Below, one piece after another: positions 36,594-46,531 of a stretch of 64,000 nucleotides of DNA (positions within the stretch are counted from its first letter, which is position 1; each line of letters opens with the position of its first letter). Below the pieces are notes generated by a model, which saw only the letters and a list, made by a program, of their open reading frames with translations, searched no databases and was not told the DNA's origin. Source of the DNA: an uncultured Gammaproteobacteria bacterium (GTDB taxonomy: Bacteria > Patescibacteriota > Microgenomatia > UBA8517); assembly GCA_964600575.1 (NCBI GenBank), contig CAZRJH010000003.1:81640-145639 (forward strand), read 5' to 3'. Both the position numbers and the translations under genes were made by a program.

Positions 36594-37315
36594 AAAATGT
36601 CAGGTTAACACATCCGACCTACAAAATAATGACCTCCTTTTTGGACGAATATCTAAAAGATAAAAAAAGGGTATCATTATTAGATTACGGATGTGGTAGC
36701 GGTTATTTGCTTGAGCTATTGCCGAAACGTAAGATAGCAAAATATACCGGTTACGAGACCTCGGCCAACGCTATTAGTACGGCACGGAAAAATTACGAGA
36801 AATTAAAAAATGTAAGATTTGTTAAAGTCGACGTGCAAAAACCGTTACGTTTTAATCAGAGTAAAGTCGATATTGTTATTGCAATTGGCGTTTTGCAATA
36901 CATGTCGCAGGAACAGGTGGCTAACTTTATCGTACAAGTTTCTAATATTTTAAAAAAGGGCGGCATTCTCCTTATCAGTACGGTTACTGATCATTTAGCA
37001 TATAGATTTTTCAACTTGTACGGCTTGTTTTTACCTAACAGGTTTCTTAACAAAAAGAAAACGGTGTCAGGGATTACTAAACGTGGACTTATAATTGAAA
37101 AAGTCTTTGAAAAAGGATTATTTTTTGGACCGCTTTTTTATCACAATTTGGTTTTAGCTTTTGATTTTGTTGACAAAGTACTTTTTAGGACCAAAGGTAC
37201 ATTAGGGCCATTTGGAAAAACATCCAGAAAAGCAGCTTATTTTGTTGCAGAAGCGGAATATTTACTACCATTTAATGTCGGTTATACAATGTATATAAAG
37301 GCACATAAGAAATGA
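36584..37315 (+). CDS. Class I SAM-dependent methyltransferase
   Basis: Motif I 'LLDYGCGSGYLL', the post-I acidic residue 'GYETS', and motif II/III 'VDIVIAIGVLQYM' are present. Confidence 0.65.
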   Translation: MEMKNVRLTHPTYKIMTSFLDEYLKDKKRVSLLDYGCGSGYLLELLPKRKIAKYTGYETSANAISTARKNYEKLKNVRFVKVDVQKPLRFNQSKVDIVIAIGVLQYMSQEQVANFIVQVSNILKKGGILLISTVTDHLAYRFFNLYGLFLPNRFLNKKKTVSGITKRGLIIEKVFEKGLFFGPLFYHNLVLAFDFVDKVLFRTKGTLGPFGKTSRKAAYFVAEAEYLLPFNVGYTMYIKAHKK

Positions 37316-38976
37316 AAAAAATAGTTAATATTCTGTTCGCTTCCGGTTTCTTTTTGTTCTTGTTTGCCTTGATTTTGTCATTGGTGACCTATAAATTTTC
37401 GGGGAATAAATATCTGTCCTTTTCGGACTCGGCAAAGTTCGCAGATGTTGCTAGAAGTATAAGCACAGGGGAGGGGTACTATTCAAATTTTAAATTTTTC
37501 AGCTGGTTGTCGTTGTCCGATTTAAAAAATGATATTTCCGACGCCTCGGGGATATTGCCTTTGTATCCTTTGGTTTTGTCTGTCTTCTTCAGGTTTGCCG
37601 GTGTCTCTGATTTCGTAGTAATGACATGCTCGGCTATTTTCTTTGGATTTACGGTTTGGATAACTTATCATCTTGCCCTAAAGATGTTTGGCAAGACGGT
37701 CGGAATTTTCTCCGCTCTTGCAGTAGCTGTTGATAAAAGCATGCTTTATTATTCAACAAGCGGTGCATCGGAAACTCTTTTTATATTTCTAATACTTTTA
37801 ACACTCTACTTTTTCGGTAACGAAAGCCGGCACGGCAGGTACTTAGGCTTTTTGGGTTTGATTTTTTTGTATTTTACTAAGTTTCAGTCGTTGATATACA
37901 TATTTCCGCTAATCATTTTTTATTGCCTAAATAAATTTGAGATTAAAAAAGCGTTAGTTGTTTTTCTTGGAATGGTTATTTTACTTTTTACTTTGGATAA
38001 GATTTATTTTAGTTTTGTAAAGACTCCACTTTTTCTATATTCAATCAGTACACAGACCAAGAGTGCTGTTTTAAATTACACCTCCGGTTCCGGATCAGCG
38101 TCGGGTTTTTTGCGAGGTGTACAAACAAGTTTGGATTTGACAGAAGTATTCAAGAAAGTGTTTTACAATCTTTATAATTTTTATAAATTATTACCCGACA
38201 TTCTCAATCCCTATATATTTTCATTTTTCCTTGTAGGGTTGTTCGTTTTTAAAGGAGGTGGCAGGACTTTTATCTTTAAGCTAACAGCATTTTTTATGGT
38301 CTCACTCACTTTTCTGGTAGCCGCCTCAAGTATACCTTTCTTTAGATATATCCACCCTATTATACCCTTGGTCTACATTATTGGAGTTGCTACTTTAAAC
38401 GACTTTGTAAGTTTAATTAATTTTCCTTTGGGTGGAAAGTTTATAAAGCAAAACAAACCAACACAAGATTTATACAGGTTGTTTTTGTTATCAATACTAC
38501 TGGCTTACTTTGCTCTTGGCCAGACAGTAGGCTCGATATTTTTAGACACCAGATTTGCCAAAGGGGTCTACAATTTTGATAAGCCCCCGGTTTATGTTCA
38601 ACTCTCAAACGTTTTGAAAGAAAAATTAAAAAAGGATGACATTGTAATAACCAATCTTGATACCTGGGGCAGCTGGTACGGTAAAACCAAAACTGTTTGG
38701 TATCCTTACTACCCAAAAATGCTTATTGATAGGCAAACTAACACAATCCCATTTGATGCGATATATTTGACTAGTTATAAGATGAATGATGAAAATTACT
38801 ATATGGCGGAGGAGTGGAGACAAATATTTAACAACCCGGATGATAAAAGTAAATGGACTTGTGAAGGTTGCGACATTATTGCTAAAGAATTTGAGATAAA
38901 AGGTAAATATTTATTCGAAGGCAACTCAAATTACGAGAATGAGGTGGCAAGATCTTTGCTTCTTGTGAGAAAATAA
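37312..38976 (+). CDS. GT-C membrane glycosyltransferase, ArnT/PMT_2-like
   Basis: The 554-aa polytopic protein has an N-terminal loop 'SFSDSAKFADVARSISTGEGYY' (D/E pair) followed by more than 10 TM helices and a C-terminal soluble domain. Confidence 0.55.
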   Translation: MKKIVNILFASGFFLFLFALILSLVTYKFSGNKYLSFSDSAKFADVARSISTGEGYYSNFKFFSWLSLSDLKNDISDASGILPLYPLVLSVFFRFAGVSDFVVMTCSAIFFGFTVWITYHLALKMFGKTVGIFSALAVAVDKSMLYYSTSGASETLFIFLILLTLYFFGNESRHGRYLGFLGLIFLYFTKFQSLIYIFPLIIFYCLNKFEIKKALVVFLGMVILLFTLDKIYFSFVKTPLFLYSISTQTKSAVLNYTSGSGSASGFLRGVQTSLDLTEVFKKVFYNLYNFYKLLPDILNPYIFSFFLVGLFVFKGGGRTFIFKLTAFFMVSLTFLVAASSIPFFRYIHPIIPLVYIIGVATLNDFVSLINFPLGGKFIKQNKPTQDLYRLFLLSILLAYFALGQTVGSIFLDTRFAKGVYNFDKPPVYVQLSNVLKEKLKKDDIVITNLDTWGSWYGKTKTVWYPYYPKMLIDRQTNTIPFDAIYLTSYKMNDENYYMAEEWRQIFNNPDDKSKWTCEGCDIIAKEFEIKGKYLFEGNSNYENEVARSLLLVRK

Positions 38977-38981
38977 AATGG

Positions 38982-41069
38982 ATGAAAGTTGTAATAATCC
39001 AAAGCCTACTTTCCCCGTATAGGTATCCGCTTTTCGATGTTCTTTCTTATGTTTACGATCTTAGCGTTTGGTTTATGGGACGTCGTGTTAAGAATAGGGT
39101 GTGGAATATTTCAGATATAAAATACCACCTTTTTAAATATAGGTTTTTATCGGGGGTTACTTTGAATATTGGTATTGAAGATAATTATCCGTTTTGGATA
39201 AATCTCACAACTCCAATAGAGATTTACAAAACAAAGCCGCAAGTTGTAGTAATTTTTGGATGGGACTCTCTAACCTCGTTTTTAGTTGTTTACTTTAGGT
39301 TCATGTACCCCTCAACAAAAATCATAATTTTTTCTGAAAGTACAAAGTACGAACTAAGTTGGAGAAGAGATATAACTAAGCCGTTGGTAAGAAGTATGTT
39401 AAGTAGGGTTGATTTTTGTCTAGCGGCAGGAGATAGAGCATCTTCCTATCTGGAAACATTGGGAGTTGCGGGTAATAAAATTGCAATTGCCCCAACAACA
39501 AACGATGTTGATAAGTATGTTTACCTTACAGACAAATACAAAAAGCAAAGGGAAGCGCTTAGGAATGCGATGGGGTACAACGAAAACGATGTCGTTGTTA
39601 TGTTTTATGGACAGTTAATAAAACGAAAAGGCGTCGATCTTCTTGTGGAAGCCTATTCTCGATTGACCCAAACATGCGGCTACTTAAAGTTGCTTATAAT
39701 AGGCGACGGAAAATTATTACCCGACTTAATAAAAAAAGTATCCGACCTCAATTTATCCGATGTGACAATTCTTCCAAACCCGGGAGATCATGCCATTTGT
39801 AAGTATTATGCATCTGCAGATATATTTGTTTTACCTTCCAGGAATGACACTTGGGGGTTAGTGGTCAACGAAGCTATGTGTTCTGGTTTGCCTGTTATTG
39901 TTTCTGACAAAGTGGGTTCCGGAAGCGAGTTGGTTAAAGAGGGTGAAAATGGTTTTGTTTTTAAGTCTGATGATGTTGACGATTTGGTTAGAGTAGTTAA
40001 TAAATTAGCGGAAGACGAAGGATTGCGTCGTAAATTTGGAAAAGCCTCCTCAAAAATAATTCAAAACTTTAGACCGGAAAACACACTCAAAGGGTATGTA
40101 GAGGCGATAGGTAGGACTATAGATTTGGCTTTGGGTCCTTCCACTTACAGAAATATAAAATTTTTAAAAGATAAAAAAGCAGATTTTGCTTCCGTAATAA
40201 TTCCCGTATTTAATGACCCGGCGGGGCTTGAAGCTACGTTAAGTTCTTTGTTTGTAAGTGGTGTTGAAAAGAGGGCGGAGATAATTGTGGCTAACGATGG
40301 TGGCTATGAAACGGTTTCGAATGTTTGCGGCAAATACAAAGTTTTTGAAGTAAAAACCAAATACCGAAAAGGGTCTTATAACGCCAGAAATTTGGCAGTT
40401 TCATCTTCCTGTGGTGAAAAAATACTATTTGTAGATGCCGGAACGGCGGTTGGAAAAAATTGGTTTGACGCCGCGGTTTCAACTTTGAAAGACTGTGATT
40501 ACGTTGGAGGACCAATTAATGTAACTGGTGGTGGGGGTTTTTTGAATGTGTTCGAAAGAGAAAGAGAATTTCCTGTAAGAGAGTTTATGGAAGACATGAA
40601 CTTTGCGCCTACTACTAACCTTGGAATCACAAGGCAACTTATAGAAACAGTAGGGGGGTTTGATGCCAGGCTCGAATCTTCGGGGGACTATGAGTTTGGA
40701 AACAGGGTATTTTTGAAGGCTGGTTATACCCAAATTTTTAACGAAAAAATGGTAGTTTATCATCACCCGCGAAACTTCAAAGATATGTTAATAAAACAAA
40801 AAAGACTTGCAAAAGGTTTTGTAGATCTTGGGCGGTATTATCCGGATCGCTTTGTCGGTATAAAAAAAAGTTTGATTGTTTCGTTAATAAAGGCGGTAAT
40901 CCCGCCTTTCTGGCTTTTTTTTAAGAATTCTTGGAGAAAGTTAAGTTTTTCGGATAAGATTCCTGTTTTTCTGTTTAGTTATATATTTTCGTTCATCCAG
41001 CACGTGTTTTTTGCGGGATACATATTTAAATCGATTATTAAACCCCGTGTGAAAGTTCACGCTCAGTGA
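38982..41069 (+). CDS. Bifunctional glycosyltransferase: N-terminal GT4 (GT-B) fused to C-terminal GT2 (GT-A)
   Basis: Residues about 1-380 carry 'TWGLVVNEAMCSGLPVIVSDKVGSGSELVKEGENGFVF' (GT4). Residues about 395-690 carry 'ASVIIPVFNDPAGL', 'IIVANDGG' and 'FVDAGT' (GT2). The C-terminal tail is hydrophobic. Confidence 0.65.
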   Translation: MKVVIIQSLLSPYRYPLFDVLSYVYDLSVWFMGRRVKNRVWNISDIKYHLFKYRFLSGVTLNIGIEDNYPFWINLTTPIEIYKTKPQVVVIFGWDSLTSFLVVYFRFMYPSTKIIIFSESTKYELSWRRDITKPLVRSMLSRVDFCLAAGDRASSYLETLGVAGNKIAIAPTTNDVDKYVYLTDKYKKQREALRNAMGYNENDVVVMFYGQLIKRKGVDLLVEAYSRLTQTCGYLKLLIIGDGKLLPDLIKKVSDLNLSDVTILPNPGDHAICKYYASADIFVLPSRNDTWGLVVNEAMCSGLPVIVSDKVGSGSELVKEGENGFVFKSDDVDDLVRVVNKLAEDEGLRRKFGKASSKIIQNFRPENTLKGYVEAIGRTIDLALGPSTYRNIKFLKDKKADFASVIIPVFNDPAGLEATLSSLFVSGVEKRAEIIVANDGGYETVSNVCGKYKVFEVKTKYRKGSYNARNLAVSSSCGEKILFVDAGTAVGKNWFDAAVSTLKDCDYVGGPINVTGGGGFLNVFEREREFPVREFMEDMNFAPTTNLGITRQLIETVGGFDARLESSGDYEFGNRVFLKAGYTQIFNEKMVVYHHPRNFKDMLIKQKRLAKGFVDLGRYYPDRFVGIKKSLIVSLIKAVIPPFWLFFKNSWRKLSFSDKIPVFLFSYIFSFIQHVFFAGYIFKSIIKPRVKVHAQ

Positions 41070-42024
41070 TTTTGTCGTATATTAGGTTGGGATAAAACAA
41101 TGCGGTTAGTCCCCCAATGCCTATGATAAATACATTGATCAGCCCGATTAGCATTCCCGGGAGGACATGTTTAATGTTGGTATATTTTTCCGACATTAAA
41201 ATTAAACCGTTAGTAAACATTCTAAAAATTTTCCAGGGTATTAAAAAGAGTAAGTTGGCAAATCTTCTTAAAAAGGACCTCGACTCATAGATCGCCATAT
41301 TTTGTGTCACACCAAAATCTGCCATCCTAACAAAGTCGGCGCCATAGGCAAGCATTCTGAACAACCAATCGGTCAAGTTGCCGGGAGGTGCGTGATAACC
41401 TCTGGTATGTGGAGATCTTACAATCTCAAATCCGGAGTGTTTAAGAATCTTTTCCCATAGAGGTATTTTGTTTCTATAAAGGGCAACATCTTTTGGAATC
41501 GGGTATTTCAAAAGATCAGACCTATAAATTGCGAAGTTGTTTAATGGAAAATAATATGTTGGTACAGGGCTGGTGACCTTATCCGATAGAAGTTGAACCA
41601 TCCAGGTCATGTTTAGTGATGCTTTATAAGCCGAGTTGGTTTCGAGTCTGGTGTCACCTGAAACTATTAACTTTTCTTTAGTCTTTTCAAACGGTTTTAG
41701 GATGTTTTCCAACCATTCTTTTTGGTATCTCATGTCTGAGTCTGCAAAAACAACGATGTCGCTTTTTGCAATCTCGGCACCTAACATTTTTGACCCTGTG
41801 TAATCTATGTTTTTGTCAGTTTTTGAAATTTTGATAAAAGGATATTTACCTTTAAGATATTCTTGGACTTCTGTAGAAACATGACTGGCTACAATAAGAT
41901 AAACACCTTCTGATTCTTTGATCGGTAATGTTTGTTTCTCAATAGAGTCTAAGCTGGCTTCAAGATCCTCGAGATCTGCCATACCTAGATTTTCGGTTTC
42001 CAAAACTATACAAAAGTTGCGCAT
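41038..42024 (-). CDS. GT-A-fold glycosyltransferase-like protein (GT2-related)
   Basis: 'IVVFADSDMRYQKEWLENIL' is a DxD-containing core resembling the WaaE-like paralogs. The 328-aa protein has a hydrophobic C-terminal tail. Confidence 0.45.
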   Translation of the reverse strand: MRNFCIVLETENLGMADLEDLEASLDSIEKQTLPIKESEGVYLIVASHVSTEVQEYLKGKYPFIKISKTDKNIDYTGSKMLGAEIAKSDIVVFADSDMRYQKEWLENILKPFEKTKEKLIVSGDTRLETNSAYKASLNMTWMVQLLSDKVTSPVPTYYFPLNNFAIYRSDLLKYPIPKDVALYRNKIPLWEKILKHSGFEIVRSPHTRGYHAPPGNLTDWLFRMLAYGADFVRMADFGVTQNMAIYESRSFLRRFANLLFLIPWKIFRMFTNGLILMSEKYTNIKHVLPGMLIGLINVFIIGIGGLTALFYPNLIYDKITERELSHGV

Positions 42025-42064
42025 CTAAATAATGATATTACACATTAAATAATGTTCAAGGACC

Positions 42065-42868
42065 ATGCTTGCAGGCAAAACATTTGATGATAAAATGCCA
42101 AATGGATTGGGGGCCACTATGGTTTTGTCAGAAGCAGAACTTATAAAAAATTTAAAAATAAGAAAAAAAGACAAGGTGTTGGATTTGGGCGGAAGCATGA
42201 AACAGCACAAATTGATTGAGGTAGACACATTGGCGGATATTATTCGTCCCGAAGAAGCTCCCTATGGAAAATCAAAGCTTCTTGCTAAAAAATTTGTTAA
42301 AGTCGACTTTACTAAAAATAAACTACCCTTCAGAGACAAGCAGTTTGATGTTGTTTTGTGCACACATGTTCTTGAGGATCTTCCCTCGCCGTTTTTGTTG
42401 TTGTCCGAAATGGAAAGAGTTGCAAAGAGGGGATTTATAGCTACGCCGGAGATGGGAAGGGATTTGGTTTTTTCCCATTTTAATTTGACAGATTGGGGAA
42501 CCGGTTCAAGGCGCGTACCTGGATGGTCACATCATAAGTGGTTGTTTTATTCACCAAACAGTAGAAAACACAAAAACTCCTTTGTAATTTTACCGAAAAA
42601 TTATGGAGTATTATATTCTTCAATGTTCCATTTTGTTAATTGGAGCGGAAACGAGGAATTTAGATATTATTGGAAGAAAAAAATAAATTTTAGAGTTGTT
42701 GACGATTTAGATTTACATAAATTAATAACGGAATACAAAAAATATGTGTCAAAAAACAAAAAAATGCTGACAAAGGGCGCCCCGCTTGTCTATTTGGATA
42801 GCCCTTTTTATATACTAAAGGAATTGATTAAAAAAATATTCAAAAGAGGAAAAAGTTTTAACAGATAG
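42065..42868 (+). CDS. Class I SAM-dependent methyltransferase (Methyltransf_11-like)
   Basis: 'VLDLGGSMKQ' and 'FDVVLCTHVLEDLPSPFLLLSEMERVAKRG' are methyltransferase motifs I and II/III. Confidence 0.55.
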   Translation: MLAGKTFDDKMPNGLGATMVLSEAELIKNLKIRKKDKVLDLGGSMKQHKLIEVDTLADIIRPEEAPYGKSKLLAKKFVKVDFTKNKLPFRDKQFDVVLCTHVLEDLPSPFLLLSEMERVAKRGFIATPEMGRDLVFSHFNLTDWGTGSRRVPGWSHHKWLFYSPNSRKHKNSFVILPKNYGVLYSSMFHFVNWSGNEEFRYYWKKKINFRVVDDLDLHKLITEYKKYVSKNKKMLTKGAPLVYLDSPFYILKELIKKIFKRGKSFNR

Positions 42869-42940
42869 GGTTCCCATATATCTGTAAAACTTATTGAAGG
42901 TTCTGTTGGAATACACATACCGTTATATTTAAGTTAAAAT

Positions 42941-44236
42941 TTGATTGTGAGAAAATATTACAACAAGGCCAAGAGTCTTCTTGTGTCTTCAACTGCAAAA
43001 GATACATACATATCGTTTATCGGAAGTTTGTTTTCAGCATTTTGGGGTTTTGTGTTTACTTTAATTATCGCCAGACAGCTAAGCGTTTCCGATTTCGGTA
43101 TTTTTTCTGCCGTTTTGAATCTTGTTGTAATACTGTCATCACTCGCGGATGTTGGTATATCAACAGGCTCAATTAAATTTGTTGCAGAAAATTTTGCTAG
43201 AGGAGATGTCAAAAAAGCTGACACTTATACCAAGGCCTCATATGTTGTAAGGGTATGGATAGTCTTAGCCCTTGCCTTGTTGGTTATTCTTTTTTCGGGT
43301 CATGTTTCAAAATTTCTACTCGCGACCTCCGACTCGTATGCGGCAATTTGGGCGGCGGTTCTGTCTGTATTTATATTTCCTGTAATGTTTTTTCCAAACA
43401 TACTTCAGGCAAAAAGACAATTTTTGGAGTCTGTTGTACTGGATAATTCGTTTTACATTGGAAGGCTCTTGTTGGCGTTGGTTTTTTTGTTTTTTGGTGT
43501 TTTGAATATGCAAAACACATATCTCACTTTCGGTTTTGGTTTTTTGATTTCACTTCTTTTAACATACAAATATATAGGTAAAGATTTTTTGTACACACAA
43601 CCTTCAGGTGAGAATTACAAGTCTTTGATGAACTTTTCTTGGTGGATTGCTGTGAATAGAGTAATATCGTCAATATCCGGAAGGTTGGATATTCAGATGT
43701 TAGCCGCCATGGCAGGAGCCACGGCAACAGGTCTCTATTCTATACCGTCAAGATTGGCCTCGTTTGTAATAGTGCTGGCCGGTAGCTACTCCTCAGTCTT
43801 GGCTCCAAGAATGTCCTCGTTTGACAACAAACAAAAAGAATGGTCGTACGTCCTCAAGTCAACCTTGGCGCTGATCCCAATATCTCTTGGTATTGTTTTG
43901 TGGGCAGTGTTTGCAAAGGAATTCACACTTTTGTTGTTTGGTGAAAAGTACGTTAGCTCGGCGCCAATTTTAAAAACGCTCCTTATTGCCCAGATACCAT
44001 TTTTATTTACAGTTCCTCCGGTTACTGCCATTGTCTACTCAATGAAAAAGACGGTTTATATCGGGATGTTCTCTTTTTTCCAAATAGCCGCAATTTTTCT
44101 TTTGAATTTTTTGTTTATACCCAAATATGGCCCAATCGGACCGACGTTTACCTTTGGTGTAGTAAACATGATCTTAGCCATATATACTTGGGCCATAACC
44201 GCACGATATTATGCAAAGGAGTTACATAGTTTTTAG
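42941..44236 (+). CDS. Wzx-type oligosaccharide flippase (MOP/PST family polysaccharide biosynthesis protein)
   Basis: The 431-aa protein has 12-14 TM helices. The N-terminal 'FIGSLFSAFWGFVFTLIIARQLSVSDFGIFSA' is the typical PST-family start, and the C-terminal half repeats the pattern. Confidence 0.65.
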   Translation: MIVRKYYNKAKSLLVSSTAKDTYISFIGSLFSAFWGFVFTLIIARQLSVSDFGIFSAVLNLVVILSSLADVGISTGSIKFVAENFARGDVKKADTYTKASYVVRVWIVLALALLVILFSGHVSKFLLATSDSYAAIWAAVLSVFIFPVMFFPNILQAKRQFLESVVLDNSFYIGRLLLALVFLFFGVLNMQNTYLTFGFGFLISLLLTYKYIGKDFLYTQPSGENYKSLMNFSWWIAVNRVISSISGRLDIQMLAAMAGATATGLYSIPSRLASFVIVLAGSYSSVLAPRMSSFDNKQKEWSYVLKSTLALIPISLGIVLWAVFAKEFTLLLFGEKYVSSAPILKTLLIAQIPFLFTVPPVTAIVYSMKKTVYIGMFSFFQIAAIFLLNFLFIPKYGPIGPTFTFGVVNMILAIYTWAITARYYAKELHSF

Positions 44237-44323
44237 AATTTATTTTGAATAAGCGAAAACTAATAATTCTGATTTTGCAAAAACCCCGTAGTTGAAACTT
44301 CTAAAAAAAGTTAAAATAAGTAA

Positions 44324-45160
44324 ATGAGAGTTTGGGGCCACACCTTGATAAAAAATGAAGGTAGATGGCTGTGGTTCTCCGTAACTTCTGTAATCGATTA
44401 TCTGGATAAACTGCTCATTTGGGATACCGGCAGCAGTGACGATACGGAGTTAATAATAAACAAACTTATCGATAAATATCCCCAAAAAATAAACTACAAA
44501 AAAAGGTTGTTAAAAAGTCCACAAGACTTCTCCAAAATTAGACAGGAAATGTTGGACGAAACCGACGCGGATTGGTTTGGGGTGATAGATGGTGATGAGA
44601 TATGGTGGAAAGACTCTATCTCCAAAGCTATTGAGTCAATTAATAAAAACAAAGATTTTGAGTCGATTGTTGTTCCAACTGTGAACTTGGTGGGAGATAT
44701 ATATCATTATCAAGAAAAACACTCCGGAAACTACAGGCTCGCAGGCAGGGTCGGTCACTATAATTTAAGGTTTATTAACAGGAAAATTCCGGGATTGTCT
44801 TCCTTTGGTGGTCATGGACAGTGGGGTTGGGTGGATGGTTACGGAAAAATGATTCAAGACAGGGACCCAAAAAAAATACTTTTTGTAGACGCACCTTATA
44901 TACATGCAACAAACATCCAACGATCTTCTGTTAACTCTGGGGACATGGAAGTTATTAAACGCAAAAACAAAATCAAGTATGACCTTGGCATAAACTTTCC
45001 TTTGGACTACTTCTATCCCGAGTCGTTATTTCAAGAAAGGCCTGATTTTATCGAAAGTCCATGGAGGACTAGAAATAGCAGCTTTGTTGCAAGAGCTGTT
45101 ATAGAAACCCCGCTTAAAAAAATCAAAAGAAGATATTGGTTTAAAAGAGTAGGATACTAA
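44324..45160 (+). CDS. GT2-family glycosyltransferase, WaaE/KdtX-like (4th paralog)
   Basis: 'HTLIKNEGRWL', 'LLIWDTGSSDDTELI' and 'ADWFGVIDGDEIWWKDSISKAIESI' parallel 'LATRNEEQNIARCL', 'IIIVDEHSTDKTREI' and 'GEWVLQLDADEVV' of 19143..20012. Confidence 0.5.
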   Translation: MRVWGHTLIKNEGRWLWFSVTSVIDYLDKLLIWDTGSSDDTELIINKLIDKYPQKINYKKRLLKSPQDFSKIRQEMLDETDADWFGVIDGDEIWWKDSISKAIESINKNKDFESIVVPTVNLVGDIYHYQEKHSGNYRLAGRVGHYNLRFINRKIPGLSSFGGHGQWGWVDGYGKMIQDRDPKKILFVDAPYIHATNIQRSSVNSGDMEVIKRKNKIKYDLGINFPLDYFYPESLFQERPDFIESPWRTRNSSFVARAVIETPLKKIKRRYWFKRVGY

Positions 45161-45163
45161 ACG

Positions 45164-46531
45164 ATGATAATAATTTCTGTACTGGCGTTGCACATAGTAG
45201 GGCTTATCAACTTAAAATTCACTGCTTGGCCCGAAATGCTTCTGTGGCCTTACCTTATGATTAAAGGTTGGCTTCCTTATCAGGATATTGCTATTGCTCA
45301 TACACCCAACTTAATCTTTGCACTTAAATATTTCATGGGCTTTTTTGGTGTCGGTATCTTACAACTTAAATTATTTACCTGGTTACTTATAATTTTGACG
45401 GATGTCATATTCTTTTTTGTAATAAGAAAACTTTTTATTTTAAGGGGTTTTTACGATAAGACTAAACCTAAAAACGACTTCAATAAAAAGGTAACAATAT
45501 CCCTGTTGGCCTTTATATTTTGGCAAATGTATTTTGATGGTAATGGTTTGTGGTTCGAAATAGCAGTTTTGCCTTTATCGATAATCCTTTTTTATTTGTT
45601 TTATAAAAAGAAATTTTTCTTAAGCGGATTGGTTTTTGCTTTTGCATTTTTTACAAAACAGACTGCTGTTTGGTTTTTGCTTCCTGTTATCTATCAAATC
45701 TTTTTCTTCGAAAAAAACAAAAAGGAAATATTGATAAAGTTTATTTTAGGTGTGGGATCCGTTTCTCTGATTTTACTATTGGCTTTTTGGATTGTTGGAA
45801 TTCTTCCCTCGTTTTATAGGTGGGCGATAAACTTTGGTATTTTTACGCTTCCTAGATCACAAGGACAAATTCAGTTTCCAGCACTCCGACCTCTGTTTGT
45901 AGCACTATTTCCGTTTTTGGTTTTTTTACCGGGACTTTTCAAAAAAGATAAAAAAATTATTAATCTTTTAGTTTGGGCTTTTGCAGGCGGGTTTGCTGCA
46001 TATCCAAGATTCGAGTTTTTCCACATTCAAACAGCAATTCCTTTTTTGGCGATCGCCACATCAATCTTTTTTGTTGATGCGGTAAAATTCCGATATCAAA
46101 ATTTGTTCAACGGTTTTTATTTAGCCGCCTGTTTACTTTTATTTTCCGGATTTTTTATAAGAAATATTTCCGAAGGGACCAGATTTTATGATACGGATGT
46201 AAAAGAGTTGCAGGAGTTTATAGTAAAAAACACAGTACAAGGTCAAAAGATATTTATAATGAATTACTGGGATAATTTGTATCCACTAACGGATACGTTA
46301 CCTGCAACTCGGCCTTGGATTCCCCAGCTGGGATGGTATGTTGAACAACCAGGGGTTCAAGAGAAAATGGTTGAAGAGCTAAAAAGAGAACAACCCGAAC
46401 TTGTAATATTAAATCCATACACCGAGTCCGGTCTTTCATCGTATGTTCCCAGAAAAATATACGATTTTGTAACAACAAACTATAAATTTAAACAAAAAAA
46501 AGCCGGGATGGACGTTCTAATATTGCGATGA
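45164..46531 (+). CDS. Polytopic membrane protein, GT-C-like
   Basis: The 455-aa protein has more than 10 TM helices, and the first loop has 'LPYQDIAIAHTP'. It has a C-terminal soluble domain of about 120 aa. Confidence 0.4.
   Translation: MIIISVLALHIVGLINLKFTAWPEMLLWPYLMIKGWLPYQDIAIAHTPNLIFALKYFMGFFGVGILQLKLFTWLLIILTDVIFFFVIRKLFILRGFYDKTKPKNDFNKKVTISLLAFIFWQMYFDGNGLWFEIAVLPLSIILFYLFYKKKFFLSGLVFAFAFFTKQTAVWFLLPVIYQIFFFEKNKKEILIKFILGVGSVSLILLLAFWIVGILPSFYRWAINFGIFTLPRSQGQIQFPALRPLFVALFPFLVFLPGLFKKDKKIINLLVWAFAGGFAAYPRFEFFHIQTAIPFLAIATSIFFVDAVKFRYQNLFNGFYLAACLLLFSGFFIRNISEGTRFYDTDVKELQEFIVKNTVQGQKIFIMNYWDNLYPLTDTLPATRPWIPQLGWYVEQPGVQEKMVEELKREQPELVILNPYTESGLSSYVPRKIYDFVTTNYKFKQKKAGMDVLILR

Noticed and set aside
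44237-44323. The 87-bp intergenic region was checked for a small RNA, tRNA or riboswitch
   Set aside because: There is no tRNA-like acceptor/T-arm pattern or strong hairpin. It is AT-rich with a TAAAAT -10-like element, most likely just the promoter and leader for 44324-45160.
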